In this document: one piece after another, positions 17,681-28,266 of the stretch
How positions within the stretch are numbered: the stretch's first letter is position 1
Layout of the letters: every line of letters begins with the position of its first letter
Source: Thermodesulfobacteriota bacterium
GTDB lineage: Bacteria; Desulfobacterota; BSN033; UBA1163
Reading direction: 5' to 3'
Length of the DNA: 64,000 nucleotides
NCBI GenBank assembly: GCA_047519465.1
Contig: JAPVTA010000262.1
Location: forward strand, 11,220 to 75,219
Position numbers and translations under genes: made by a program
The notes under the pieces: model-generated
Told to the model about the DNA's origin: nothing
The model's input: the letters and a program-made list of their open reading frames with translations, nothing else
Database searches by the model: none

Positions 17681-19654
17681 ATGGAAGAAAATAAAAGTAA
17701 TTTACTGTATTCACCGGGTGAAGGAAAGGTAAAGAAGACAAACATCATTAAGTTTATGAAATTTGTTAACGAGGCGTATAGTAAAAATATTTCCACGTAT
17801 GAAGAACTTTATCGCTGGTCTGTAGAGGACATACCCAACTTTTGGAGTGCTATATGGGAATTCTGTGGGGTAAAAGCATCTAAGAATTACGAAAAAGTTG
17901 TAGATGATATCACCAGATTTCCCGGTGCAAAATGGTTTATTGGCGCAAGATTGAATTATGCTGAGAATATATTAAGAAGAAGAGATGACCATATAGCTTT
18001 CATATTTAGGGGAGAGAATAAAAAACGAGCTAAGATGACTTATTTTGAACTTTATGACCAAGTAGCAGGTTTTTCAAAATCTTTAAGAGACATAGGGATC
18101 AAGTCAGGAGACAGGGTTGTGGGTTATCTTCCTAATCTAATGGAAGGTATAGTGGCTATGCTGGCTACCTCCAGTATTGGTGCCATATGGGCATCTTGTG
18201 GCCTTGAATTAGGGGTTCAGGGAGCATTGGATCGGTTTAGTCAGATTGAACCTAAGATACTGATCACTTCAGATGGTTATTACTTTAAAGGGAAGGCACT
18301 CAACGCATCTTCTAACGTTGCTCAAGTTGCCAGTGGCATCCCTTCTCTTGAAAAGATTGTGGTCATTCCCTATATAAGCGAAAAACCAAGTTTAAGCTCT
18401 ATTTCTAAGGCCATTTATTATGAAGATTTTATCTCAAAGGGAAAAAACTTAGAAATCCAATTTGAACAATTGCCACCTGATCATCCCCATATAATTCTAT
18501 TTTCCTCAGGAGTTACGGGCAAACCAAAGTGCATCGTCCATGGACTTGCAGGGACATTGATTGTCCATCTAAAGACACATATTTTACATTTCGATTTGTC
18601 GGAAGAGGACATCTCTCTTTTCATCTCAAGTCCAACTTGGATGGTATGGAACGTACAGGTCAGTGCACTTTCAACCAGAGGAAGCCTAGCGCTTTATGAC
18701 GGCAATCCATTTTATCCTGATCACAGCATTATGTGGAAGATCATCCAGGATGAAAAAGTAACATTCTTGGGATGTGGAGCTGGCTTTATCCTTGGATGTA
18801 TGCAACAGGGTATAAAACCTAAGGAGCTATATGATCTTTCAACTTTGAAAGGAATCTTTCAGAGTGGATCCATCCTTCCAGAAGAAGGATTTGAATATGT
18901 CTATAAGGAAGTGAAAGAAGATGTGTATTTTAATTCAGGCTTAGGCGGTACAGATGCCCAAGCTGGTCTTATCGAAGGCACGCCCATTCAACCCCTATAT
19001 TCTGGCGAGATGATGGGACCTGCCTTGGGATTTGCAACCAAAGTCTTCGATGAGAATGGAAATCCCATATACGATAAACCGGGTGAACTAGTCTGTGAAA
19101 AACCATTTCCCTCTGTGCCCTTATATTTCTGGAATGATCCAGATGGCACAAGGTTTATGGAAGCCTATTTTAGTCTATATCCAAATGTTTGGCGTCATGG
19201 GGATTATGTGATCCACCAGAGTAACACAGAGGGTATGACAGCCCTCGGTAGATCTGATTTTACTTTAAAGCCCTCTGGTATTAGATTAGGGCCAGCCGAG
19301 ATCTATAATGTTGTAGAAAAATTTAGTGAAATTTTAGACAGTATTGTGGTAGGACAGTATTGGAAAGGTGATCAGCGTATTCTTTTATTCGTAAAGTTGA
19401 AAGAGGGGTATAGTTTAACAGAGAGGTTGAAACAGGATATTAAATATGCATTAAGAACCCAGGCTTCGCCAAGGCATGTCCCGGATAAAATCATTGAAGT
19501 ACCAGATATCCCATATACCTTCAATATGAAGAAGGTGGAAAGTGCAGTTATGAATGCTGTAAATGGGAAGCCAGTTTTAAATCGGGAGGCATTAATTAAT
19601 CCATCGTGTTTAGACTATTTTGAAAAGATCACAAGGGAAGAATTACAATCCTGA
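17681..19654 (+). CDS. acetoacetyl-CoA synthetase-like AMP-forming ligase
   Basis: 657 aa; ANL superfamily, length and N-terminal region typical of acetoacetate-CoA ligase family. Confidence 0.7.
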   Translation: MEENKSNLLYSPGEGKVKKTNIIKFMKFVNEAYSKNISTYEELYRWSVEDIPNFWSAIWEFCGVKASKNYEKVVDDITRFPGAKWFIGARLNYAENILRRRDDHIAFIFRGENKKRAKMTYFELYDQVAGFSKSLRDIGIKSGDRVVGYLPNLMEGIVAMLATSSIGAIWASCGLELGVQGALDRFSQIEPKILITSDGYYFKGKALNASSNVAQVASGIPSLEKIVVIPYISEKPSLSSISKAIYYEDFISKGKNLEIQFEQLPPDHPHIILFSSGVTGKPKCIVHGLAGTLIVHLKTHILHFDLSEEDISLFISSPTWMVWNVQVSALSTRGSLALYDGNPFYPDHSIMWKIIQDEKVTFLGCGAGFILGCMQQGIKPKELYDLSTLKGIFQSGSILPEEGFEYVYKEVKEDVYFNSGLGGTDAQAGLIEGTPIQPLYSGEMMGPALGFATKVFDENGNPIYDKPGELVCEKPFPSVPLYFWNDPDGTRFMEAYFSLYPNVWRHGDYVIHQSNTEGMTALGRSDFTLKPSGIRLGPAEIYNVVEKFSEILDSIVVGQYWKGDQRILLFVKLKEGYSLTERLKQDIKYALRTQASPRHVPDKIIEVPDIPYTFNMKKVESAVMNAVNGKPVLNREALINPSCLDYFEKITREELQS

Positions 19655-19655
19655 G

Positions 19656-19828
19656 GATTGAAGTGGAATATGGAAAGGAAGCCATAGACCTTGAAGCGTT
19701 AAAGAAAGAGATCGAGGCCTGCTCAACGCGAGGCTCAGCTTCAGGGCGGCCCGTGCATCTGGTCCCGGAAGGATCTTTGCCCCGGTTTGAGATGAAGGCC
19801 CAGCTTATCAAAAAGCTTTGGGAAGCTT
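19656..19828 (+). pseudogene. remnant of C-terminus of a phenylacetate-CoA ligase (PaaK/F390-synthetase family)
   Basis: Frame encodes …VHLVPEGSLPRFEMKAQLIKKLWEA*, matching the conserved PaaK C-terminal tail (LPRxEGKA.R); no upstream start. Confidence 0.4.
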
Positions 19829-19867
19829 GATCTGGCCTTGGAATCTCATCAGTTTAAGGACTGTAAC

Positions 19868-20566
19868 ATGCCTGAAATAATCATTCCGGCTGAACCAGAA
19901 CCAATCCACATCGACCTTCTCAAGACGGCCGTAATGGTGGTCGATATGCAGAATGCCTTCGTCAGCAAAGGGGGTTACTTCGATCTCTTAGGCTATGACC
20001 TTTCGGCGGTTCAGAAGATTATTGAGCCTTGCAAGAAAATCATCAGCATCGCCCGTGAAAAGGGCAGCAAGATTGTATATCTGCAAATGGGATACAGCCC
20101 GGATCTTTCGAATGCAGGAAGCCCTGTTTCACCAAACTGGTTTAAATCACGGGGTTTAAAAATGATTCACCAGCATCCCGAATTGAAAGAGAAGCTTTAT
20201 ATCTACGGCACGTGGGGCGGCGACATCATCGAGGAACTGAAACCCCGGCAGGGGGATGTCATCGTCAAGAAACAGAAGCATGACGGGTTCATCGGAACCA
20301 ATCTGGACATCACCCTTAAGAATTTGGAGATCAAACATCTCGTTTTCGTTGGCACGGCGACAAACATCTGTGTGGAATCGACACTCAGGCATGCATTCTC
20401 ATCGGGATATTATTCCATTCTTGTTTCTGACGCAGTCAGTCAGATGGGGCCAATCCTTACTCAGGAGGCGACACTTTTCAATGTGAAGTCTACTTTCGGA
20501 TGGGTCACCACCTCTGAAAATCTTTTGGGTGCATTAAGAGGTGCTCCGGTTCGCCTCATCACGTAG
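19868..20566 (+). CDS. isochorismatase-family (cysteine hydrolase) protein
   Basis: ORF opens at 19838; start chosen at MPEII (internal ATG); isochorismatase-like fold motifs (VVDMQNAF, catalytic Cys region GTATNICV). Confidence 0.75.
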   Translation: MPEIIIPAEPEPIHIDLLKTAVMVVDMQNAFVSKGGYFDLLGYDLSAVQKIIEPCKKIISIAREKGSKIVYLQMGYSPDLSNAGSPVSPNWFKSRGLKMIHQHPELKEKLYIYGTWGGDIIEELKPRQGDVIVKKQKHDGFIGTNLDITLKNLEIKHLVFVGTATNICVESTLRHAFSSGYYSILVSDAVSQMGPILTQEATLFNVKSTFGWVTTSENLLGALRGAPVRLIT

Positions 20567-20587
20567 AGGGATTAACGGAGGTATGGA

Positions 20588-21613
20588 ATGTCTGAAAAAC
20601 ATGTATTCTGGTTTGAGGAGTTGGGTCAAGAAGATTGTGAGATCGTCGGGAAGAAGTGCGGTAACTTAGGGGAGATGTCGAAAATTGGATTACCGGTTCC
20701 CCCTGGGTTTGCGCTCTCTGTAGAGGCTTATAAGGATTTTATGATACAAACGAATGCGAGGCAGGAGATAGCGGACTATCTGCAACAGTTGAGTGGGGAC
20801 TTTGAAACCATCGAGCAATTCGATCAGGCCAGTAAGGATATTCGTCAGATTGTACAATCAAAAGATATGCCTAAGGCAATGGAAGATACAATTCTAGCCT
20901 TCTATGATGATTTATGCCGCAAATGCGATTGTATTGTCGCAGTTTCCACGAGGTCTGCTGGACCGGTCAGTCGTCCCGGTCAATACGAGACTTACCTCAA
21001 TGTGAAAGGGAAAGCAGACTTGTTAGAAAAGATTAAGAAGGTCTGGGCAAGTTCATTCAATCCCCGTTCTTTAGCTTTTCGAAAACGAAAAGGGCTGCCT
21101 CTGGAGAATGACCCAATTGGTGTGGCTGTCTTGAAGATGGTCAGTGCCCGCGCCGCAGGAATTATTTTTACCGCGGATCCAAATACGGGCGACATGGCAA
21201 GGATGATCATCGAAGCAAACTGGGGGTTGGGCGAGAGCGTGGTCAGCGGTGAGCTCATGCCAGATGTCTATGTCTTGAATAAACAGAATTTAGAAATAGT
21301 CGAAAGAAAACTGGGGAAGAAGTCGAGATATGTCACCTGTAAAGAATTGGGAGTGGCAGAAGAAGATTGTCCTGCCGATTTGAGTAACACCTTCTGTTTA
21401 AAGGACGAGGAGGCAAAAGAGATAGGGAGGTTGGGCGTTCTGTTGGAGAGGCACTTTGGTGCCCCGCAGGATGTCGAATGGGCGATAGAAGGAGACTTGA
21501 AATTGCCCGAGAGCATTATCCTGCTGCAGACTCGTCCCGCAGTCATTGCGCAGAAAAAGGCTCCAGTGGACCAGGTCGTTGACTTAATGCTGAACCTGTT
21601 TTCAAAGGGATGA
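20588..21613 (+). CDS. PEP-utilising enzyme, N-terminal ATP-binding (PPDK_N / PEP-synthase ATP-grasp) subunit
   Basis: 341 aa; matches N-terminal nucleotide-binding domain of PEP synthase; no swivel or PEP domain. Confidence 0.75.
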   Translation: MSEKHVFWFEELGQEDCEIVGKKCGNLGEMSKIGLPVPPGFALSVEAYKDFMIQTNARQEIADYLQQLSGDFETIEQFDQASKDIRQIVQSKDMPKAMEDTILAFYDDLCRKCDCIVAVSTRSAGPVSRPGQYETYLNVKGKADLLEKIKKVWASSFNPRSLAFRKRKGLPLENDPIGVAVLKMVSARAAGIIFTADPNTGDMARMIIEANWGLGESVVSGELMPDVYVLNKQNLEIVERKLGKKSRYVTCKELGVAEEDCPADLSNTFCLKDEEAKEIGRLGVLLERHFGAPQDVEWAIEGDLKLPESIILLQTRPAVIAQKKAPVDQVVDLMLNLFSKG

Positions 21614-21703
21614 AAACATATTACCAATCAAACAGAGAAGGGGAAAGTGATTTACAGTCTGAGTCTGTATCCAATCCATCCTAAATAGAAAGGAGAGACA
21701 AAT

Positions 21704-23386
21704 ATGTTGTTACCTGCTTATGATTTGAGTTTTTATGAATTTGATGAGGAAAATGATCCCAAGAACTATGGCGTCCTTTTATGCGATGTGGTCCACGGCA
21801 AACCGCCGATGAAGCCCCTCTACATCGGCATCGGTTGGTACTGGTATTACCATGGTATACGTTACGGGGCAGAAACCCTCTCTTTGCCCACCACCCATGG
21901 TTGGGATTCAAGGTTCGTCAAGGGCTATCCTTATATCACTGCGATCAGAACGACTGAGGCAGAGGCCAAGGCGCGTGAGCCTTTCTTCCGGGAAAAGATC
22001 AAGCCCTTTATTGAGGACTTTGACGGAGTGTGGAATCCATTGAAAGCAGAGCTGCTGGAAACATATAAAAAAGCCAAGGAGTCTAGGGGGCTTCGAAAAT
22101 GGGAAGACATCAGGAAGCTGAATAATCTCGATCTTCTATCCTTCTTCTTGGATTTTGTCTACATTATTAATCGAAAAGAAGGCGAGACCCACTTCATCAT
22201 GTTGATGGCGTCCTATTATATCAGCGGCTTATTCCAGCAGATGTGGCGTGAGCTCTTTGGAACTGAGGCACCCATAGACCCGAATTTTAATAAATTAATG
22301 GCTGGGTACGAAAGTCAGGATATTAAGGTCGTCAGGGAGCTGTGGCGTCTGAGCAGGCGCGCCGTTGAATTGGGATTAGGAGACGTCTTCACCACTACGG
22401 GAGACGAGAAAGTCATCGAAGAGTTAAAGAGAAGCAAGGCAGGGGCCCAGTGGCTGGACGAGTACGGAGCGTTCTTGGAGGAACACGGTTGGAGATGTGA
22501 GCGGATGCATGCCTATGACACACCCGCGTGGATTGAAAAGCCGAGTCAGGGCATTGGCCGGGTGAAGATACTGATGACAAAGGATGTTTTTCGACTAGAT
22601 ACCGAGAAAGGCCGGGTGATCGAAGAGCGAAAGAAAACGGAGCAGGAAGTTCTGGCCAAGGTGCCCGGAGGGCAACGGGACGCCTTTGCCGTCTTGATGA
22701 AGGCAGCGCAGAAATCTGGTTATTGGAGCGAGGATCATACCTATTTTTGCGATTTCTATATCGGCTCCATGGGACGCTGGATTGTAACTGAATTTGGGCG
22801 GCGCTTTGCCGAGGCTGGATGTATCGATAGTCCGGAAGATATCCATTTTTTGCATCCCAATGAAATTAGAAAAGCAGCCATCCCCATGGGAAGGATCAAC
22901 CTTCGTCCCTACGTCGAACCGAGGAAGAAAGCCTGGGAGGAGAATATGCAATCAGAACCCGTACCCTTCTTCGGAGACATCAGCCAAGCCCAGGCAGTGT
23001 TGAGAAGTGACGCAACGTTATCCGTATCCACTCAACTTCCTATTGTCAGAGAAGAGTTGAAAGCAGATCTCTATGGTGCCGCTGCCGCTCCCGGACTGGT
23101 AGAAGGGATTGCGCGGGTGGTTATGAGCGCAGATAAATTATCCGAAATCCGAATGGGAGAGATCTTAGTGGCCCCTGGAACCTCGGCTGCCTGGACCGTT
23201 GCCTTCAGCATCATCAAGGGTCTCGTCACGGATGGCGGAGGCGCGCTGTCTCACCCAGTGATCATGGCCCGCGAATCTGGCATCCCTTGCGTCGCCGGTT
23301 GTGTGGAGGCCACCGCGAAGATCAAATCCGGACAGAAGATAAGAGTGGATGGCAACCGCGGCGTCGTCTACATCCTTGACAAGTAG
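21704..23386 (+). CDS. PEP-utilising enzyme, central + phosphohistidine swivel-domain subunit (no PEP/pyruvate TIM domain)
   Basis: 560 aa; C-terminal mobile domain with GGALSHPVIMARESGIPCV phospho-His motif. Confidence 0.7.
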   Translation: MLLPAYDLSFYEFDEENDPKNYGVLLCDVVHGKPPMKPLYIGIGWYWYYHGIRYGAETLSLPTTHGWDSRFVKGYPYITAIRTTEAEAKAREPFFREKIKPFIEDFDGVWNPLKAELLETYKKAKESRGLRKWEDIRKLNNLDLLSFFLDFVYIINRKEGETHFIMLMASYYISGLFQQMWRELFGTEAPIDPNFNKLMAGYESQDIKVVRELWRLSRRAVELGLGDVFTTTGDEKVIEELKRSKAGAQWLDEYGAFLEEHGWRCERMHAYDTPAWIEKPSQGIGRVKILMTKDVFRLDTEKGRVIEERKKTEQEVLAKVPGGQRDAFAVLMKAAQKSGYWSEDHTYFCDFYIGSMGRWIVTEFGRRFAEAGCIDSPEDIHFLHPNEIRKAAIPMGRINLRPYVEPRKKAWEENMQSEPVPFFGDISQAQAVLRSDATLSVSTQLPIVREELKADLYGAAAAPGLVEGIARVVMSADKLSEIRMGEILVAPGTSAAWTVAFSIIKGLVTDGGGALSHPVIMARESGIPCVAGCVEATAKIKSGQKIRVDGNRGVVYILDK

Positions 23387-23424
23387 ATCACCCAATTAGA
23401 ACTTTTCAGAAAGGAGGAAGAAAC

Positions 23425-24885
23425 ATGGCCGTGAAAGAGTATAGGATGTACATTAACGGGGAGTGGGTTGGAGCCTTCGACGGCCAGGTCTACGATGATT
23501 TCAACCCTTACACAGGCGAAGTTTTTGCGCACGTTCCGTCGGGAAAGCGGGCTGATGCAAGGCGCGCGGTGGAGTCCGCCGCAGCGGCCTTTCCAGCATG
23601 GTCTCGAACGCTGCCCGCTGAACGTCAGGCGTTGTTCTTAAAGGCTGCTGACGTCCTCCAGAAGAAACAGGATGAGATTGTCACGATTCTCGCGGAGGAA
23701 ACCGGCTGCACGTTTGGCTTTGCGATGTTTCAGTCAATGTTTACCCCCGGTTTACTGCGCGAAGCTGCAGCCCAGGTGCACCAGGTGAGCGGAGAAGTCA
23801 TCCCGGCCGATCTGCCAGGTGCCTTCTATATGGCAGTACGCCAACCCGTGGGTGTGGTCGCTGGGATAGCACCGTGGAATGCACCGCTGATCCTATCGTT
23901 GCGTGCTATCTGCATGCCGATGGCTTACGGAAACACGGCCATTCTCAAGCCTTCAACGGAATCGGCCGTAGCAGGCGGCGTCGTCATTGCAGAGGTCTTT
24001 CATGAAGCGGGTTTCCCAAAAGGTGTTTTGAATCTCGTCACGAACGGGCCGGGGAGAAGCGATGAGATTGGGGACGAATTCATTGAAAACCCAAAGGTGC
24101 GCCGCATCAATTTTACCGGTTCGAGCGCCGTGGGCCGCCAATTTGCGGAAAAAGCAGGCCGGAACCTGAAGCGTGTCGCCCTGGAATTGGGTGGTCAAAA
24201 TCCGATGATCGTCCTGCGCGATGCCGATGTGGATTATGCGGTGAACGCTGCAGCCTTCGGCGGGTTCCTCCATCAGGGACAGATTTGCATGTCCACGCGC
24301 CGGGTCATCGTCGAAAAGCCGATTGCCAAGGAATTCTTGGGGAAATTCGTCAAGAAGGTTTCAACCTTCAAGGTTGGCAACCCGAAAGAACCCGACACGA
24401 TCATTGGACCCCTGATCAATAAGCACCAATTCAGCCAGGTCAAGAGCAGCGTGGACGCTGCTGTCAGAGACGGGGCGAAGATCTTGTACGGCGGGAAGTC
24501 TGAAGGGCCCTGTTACTATCCGACTGTGCTGACCGGGGTAAAGCCGGGCACACCCTTTTCGTTTGAGGAAACCTTCGGCCCAGTGGTCTCGGTGATCGAA
24601 GTCAAGGACGAGAACGAGGCCGTGAGCGTGGCGAACGATACGAGGTATGGGCTTTCGGCAGCTGTTTTCACGCGCGATTTCCCGAAGGGTCTGGCCATTG
24701 CCGAACGTATCGAATCAGGCATTGTTCACATCAACGATCAAACGGTTCACGATGAGCCACAGGTGCCGTTTGGCGGTGTGAAGGATAGCGGGTGGGGTCG
24801 GTTCGGCGGACACGCTGCATTGGAGGAATTCACCGAACTCCGTTGGATCAGTATGCAGCGCGCTCCGCGCCAGTATCCCTTTTAA
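23425..24885 (+). CDS. NAD(P)-dependent aldehyde dehydrogenase
   Basis: 486 aa; ELGG catalytic Glu motif (LELGGQNP) and catalytic Cys (GQICMS). Confidence 0.9.
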   Translation: MAVKEYRMYINGEWVGAFDGQVYDDFNPYTGEVFAHVPSGKRADARRAVESAAAAFPAWSRTLPAERQALFLKAADVLQKKQDEIVTILAEETGCTFGFAMFQSMFTPGLLREAAAQVHQVSGEVIPADLPGAFYMAVRQPVGVVAGIAPWNAPLILSLRAICMPMAYGNTAILKPSTESAVAGGVVIAEVFHEAGFPKGVLNLVTNGPGRSDEIGDEFIENPKVRRINFTGSSAVGRQFAEKAGRNLKRVALELGGQNPMIVLRDADVDYAVNAAAFGGFLHQGQICMSTRRVIVEKPIAKEFLGKFVKKVSTFKVGNPKEPDTIIGPLINKHQFSQVKSSVDAAVRDGAKILYGGKSEGPCYYPTVLTGVKPGTPFSFEETFGPVVSVIEVKDENEAVSVANDTRYGLSAAVFTRDFPKGLAIAERIESGIVHINDQTVHDEPQVPFGGVKDSGWGRFGGHAALEEFTELRWISMQRAPRQYPF

Positions 24886-25053
24886 TAGGAGGTGAGGGAT
24901 AGGGTTTGGGATTCATGAGATCTGCATTCAAGAAAGGAGGCGGGGACTATCACTCTTAAACGGAGGAGGTGGTGGGAGCGACGTTGGCATCGAAGTGTTT
25001 TTGCTTGTGCTAAAGGTCAACATATGCAACAAAATTCCCTAAGGAGGTCAGAG

Positions 25054-26277
25054 ATGAAGTGCAACGTGAAATGTTATAAGTTTGTGGTCTGCATCATCTT
25101 ACTGGTTTTCTTTGCTGTTTATCCGCTTACCGCTTTTTCTCAGACAAAGGATAAAATTCGAATAGGCAATGCCATCGCCCTGTCAGGCCCGTATGCACCC
25201 GGAGCAGGCATGACACAGATTCCCAATTACGATATGTGGGCTGAAGAAGTCAATGCCAAGGGCGGAATATTCGTAAAGAGCTACAACAAGCGTCTGCCTG
25301 TTGAAATCATCCGATATGACGACAAAAGCGATATCGGGACAGCGGTGAAGTTGGTGGAAAAATTGATTCTCGATGACAAGGTGGACCTTTTGCTCCCGCC
25401 CTGGGGAACGGCGATGCACTTTGCTGTGGCGCCGGTGGCCAATAAGTACGGCTATCCCTTAATCGGCCCCACAATTTCTTCAGAAAAACTCAGGGAAGTG
25501 GCGCCGACTATTCCATACTTCTTTGGAATACTGAATATGCCCCGGGAGCAAGGACCAGCTCTTGTATCCCTTCTTTCAGAGCTCAAAATCAAGAGAGTGG
25601 CCCTCATTTACGTTGGAGACGCCTATGGCATCGAGTGGACGGGCGTCGTCGCCCCTGCCCTTGGAATGGCCGGAATCGATACGGTCATATTGAAAAGTTA
25701 TCCCCTGGGCACAAAGGACCTCTCCCCGTTATTAAAAACGATTAAGGCGGCAAAGGTGGATGCTGTGCTCGGGATGTCTTATCCAGATGATACCTTCTTG
25801 ATCACGAAACAGGCCAAGGAACTAGGACTGAATCCAAAAGTTTTCTATCTGGGCGTTGGAGTTGCTTTCCCCATTTACAAACAGATGTTTGGGGGCCCCG
25901 CTGCCGTGGAGGGGATGATGGGCGCCGGCGCCTGGAACCCGAAGCTTCCTTACCCTGGTGCGAAAGAATATTTTGCGAGACACCTCAAGCGATGGAATAA
26001 GGAGCCTGATCGCTGGGGAAGTGCATTCGCTTACGCTTCGGTTCAAATTCTGGAGGCAGCTATCGAAAAAGTGGGGAGCCTTGACCGCGCAAAAATAAGA
26101 GACGTGATTGCTTCAGAGACCTTCCCGACAGTGATAGGCCCGGTAAGGTTTGAGGGTGGGTTCAACGTACAATCCCCCGGTGAGATTGGGCAATGGCAAA
26201 AGGGCGAGTTCGAAGTCGTTGCCGCCAAAGAAAAACGCACGGCAAGCCCAATATTTCCGAAACCCGCGTGGAAATAG
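25054..26277 (+). CDS. ABC transporter periplasmic substrate-binding protein (LivK/branched-chain amino acid type)
   Basis: Signal peptide; type I periplasmic-binding fold; AAGGAGG RBS before ATG at 25054 (ORF opens 25024). Confidence 0.8.
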   Translation: MKCNVKCYKFVVCIILLVFFAVYPLTAFSQTKDKIRIGNAIALSGPYAPGAGMTQIPNYDMWAEEVNAKGGIFVKSYNKRLPVEIIRYDDKSDIGTAVKLVEKLILDDKVDLLLPPWGTAMHFAVAPVANKYGYPLIGPTISSEKLREVAPTIPYFFGILNMPREQGPALVSLLSELKIKRVALIYVGDAYGIEWTGVVAPALGMAGIDTVILKSYPLGTKDLSPLLKTIKAAKVDAVLGMSYPDDTFLITKQAKELGLNPKVFYLGVGVAFPIYKQMFGGPAAVEGMMGAGAWNPKLPYPGAKEYFARHLKRWNKEPDRWGSAFAYASVQILEAAIEKVGSLDRAKIRDVIASETFPTVIGPVRFEGGFNVQSPGEIGQWQKGEFEVVAAKEKRTASPIFPKPAWK

Positions 26278-26417
26278 CGGCCTCCATCGATTTATACATG
26301 TGTCGCTCAAGTGAAAAAAGCTCGCACAAAACAACGGTAGAGGTTTGAGCATCGCCGAGCAGGCTGTCTAAAGATGAAAAGTAACCTTTTTTAGGCAGCC
26401 TGCTTATTATCGATCGA

Positions 26418-27299
26418 TTGGCGAATATGGAACTAACACTCCTTCTTGACATCGTGATTGGAGGCCTGATCATGGGAGGGCTTTATGCCCTCATCGCTCT
26501 TGGGCTTGGCCTTCAGTATGGCGTTGCCAGGGTACTGAACGTATCCCATGGTGAATTTATCATGCTGGGCGCCTTTGCAACTTACTCGCTCTACACCCTT
26601 TTTGGAATGGACCCTCTTCTCTCTCTTGTCATTACCGGTCCCTTCGTCTTGATCATCGGTTTTTTGATCCATCGGATTTTGTTTCAACGTCTCCGGAAGA
26701 TATCGCCATCCATGACCGCATTCGAAGGCAACTCTCTTCTGGCTGCTTTCGGTCTTCTGTTTATCATTCAGAATGCGGCCTTACTGGTCTACGGGCCGGA
26801 TATTAAGGGATACACTTATCTGGACCATACCCTCAACCTCTTTGAAGCCCTCTTTGCGGTCAATCGCCTGATCGCCCTCTTGTTTGCCGCGGTCATCGGA
26901 GCAGCCTTCTATCTCTTTCTTGTGAGGACTCGTCTTGGAAAAGCCATTCGAGCAGCCGCTCAGGATATGAATACCGCTCAACTGATGGGGGTGAATATTC
27001 ATACGGTTCTGGGTCTATGCTTTGGTCTGGGTGCCCTGATGGCAGGCCTCGCAGGCTCATTGATGAGCATGATGTTTGAAATCACGCCGATGATGGGTCT
27101 CCCCTATACGGTCATTGCCATCATTGCAGTGGTCTTGGGCGGGTTAGGCAATATCCTGGGCAGTTTGGTGGGAGGGTTAATTCTGGGTCTGGTCGGAAAC
27201 ATCGTCATGTACATCCATCCGGGCTTATCGTTGATCGCATACTATATTATTTTTCTTCTCTTGCTCTTGGTGAAGCCGACAGGCATCTTGGGAAAATAG
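26418..27299 (+). CDS. ABC transporter permease (LivH-like)
   Basis: 293 aa polytopic membrane protein, LivH family signature region. Confidence 0.85.
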   Translation: MANMELTLLLDIVIGGLIMGGLYALIALGLGLQYGVARVLNVSHGEFIMLGAFATYSLYTLFGMDPLLSLVITGPFVLIIGFLIHRILFQRLRKISPSMTAFEGNSLLAAFGLLFIIQNAALLVYGPDIKGYTYLDHTLNLFEALFAVNRLIALLFAAVIGAAFYLFLVRTRLGKAIRAAAQDMNTAQLMGVNIHTVLGLCFGLGALMAGLAGSLMSMMFEITPMMGLPYTVIAIIAVVLGGLGNILGSLVGGLILGLVGNIVMYIHPGLSLIAYYIIFLLLLLVKPTGILGK

Positions 27300-27303
27300 A
27301 GGC

Positions 27304-28266
27304 ATGGGTCGTATCCGCAGAAGCATTCCTAAGGGTTTCTCATTCACGGTCTCTCTTTTCTTAATGTTAATCCTGCTTACAACGGCTCCGTTGTACGTCT
27401 CGGCCTATCATATCATTTCATTGACCAGCGTGTTCATGTACATCGTTCTCACAGTGAGTTGGACTGTTTTCTCCGGACCCGCCCAATACATCTCCCTTGC
27501 CACGGCAGCTTTCTTTGGACTCGGCATCTATGTAACGGCCATCCTCGGGAAAATCCTATTCTTGCCAATTGTGATTGGCCTTGGAGGGCTAACCAGTTTT
27601 TTGCTCGCCCTTCTCGTAGGCTTATCAAGTCTCAGGTTAAGGGGAATGTACTTTACGATATTCACCTTCGGCCTCAGCGAGCTGATCAGACATTTCGTTT
27701 TATGGTGGGAGGTGAATGAGACAGGCACCGTTGGCAGATGGGTGGTCGGGGTAGATCCGAAAGTCGTTTATTACGTCATGCTCACCATCGTCTTAGCCAC
27801 TCTCGCGACGGCCTATCTCATCAAGCGGTCCAAGCTTGGTCTGGCCCTGCGAGGCATTGGCGAATCAGAAGAAGCGGCTGATCACATCGGTATCAATGTG
27901 AACGTCGTGAAAATCATCACCTTTGCGATCAGCACATTTTTTATGGGGGCAGCGGGCGCCATCATGGCCACCCGGTGGACCTATATCGACCCTTCCATTG
28001 CCTTCAACCCGCTCTACTCTTTCATGCCCGTTCTCATGGCCATTTTCGGAGGGATGGGGCAGATTTACGGCCAAATTTTAGGGGCGGCGATCCTTACGCT
28101 CTTAGCCGACCTGCTCCTCACAAAGTTCCCTTACTACTATATGCTTTTGTACGGGATCATATTGGTCAGCGTTATCCTGTTCCTGCCCAAGGGAATCATC
28201 GGGCTGGAAGAAAAGATTCAGAAGTGGCGGACTGCGGAGAGAACCAGGGAATATGCCGATCCTTGA
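27304..28266 (+). CDS. ABC transporter permease (LivM-like)
   Basis: 320 aa polytopic membrane protein. Confidence 0.85.
   Translation: MGRIRRSIPKGFSFTVSLFLMLILLTTAPLYVSAYHIISLTSVFMYIVLTVSWTVFSGPAQYISLATAAFFGLGIYVTAILGKILFLPIVIGLGGLTSFLLALLVGLSSLRLRGMYFTIFTFGLSELIRHFVLWWEVNETGTVGRWVVGVDPKVVYYVMLTIVLATLATAYLIKRSKLGLALRGIGESEEAADHIGINVNVVKIITFAISTFFMGAAGAIMATRWTYIDPSIAFNPLYSFMPVLMAIFGGMGQIYGQILGAAILTLLADLLLTKFPYYYMLLYGIILVSVILFLPKGIIGLEEKIQKWRTAERTREYADP

Noticed and set aside
20588-23386. Calling the split PEP-utilising pair outright phenylphosphate synthase
   Set aside because: The architecture is compatible. However no phenylphosphate carboxylase (UbiD-like) genes or ppsC are present in the window, and rifampicin-phosphotransferase-like and other His-swivel kinases share the layout. 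I kept it as a generic PEP-utilising phosphotransferase.
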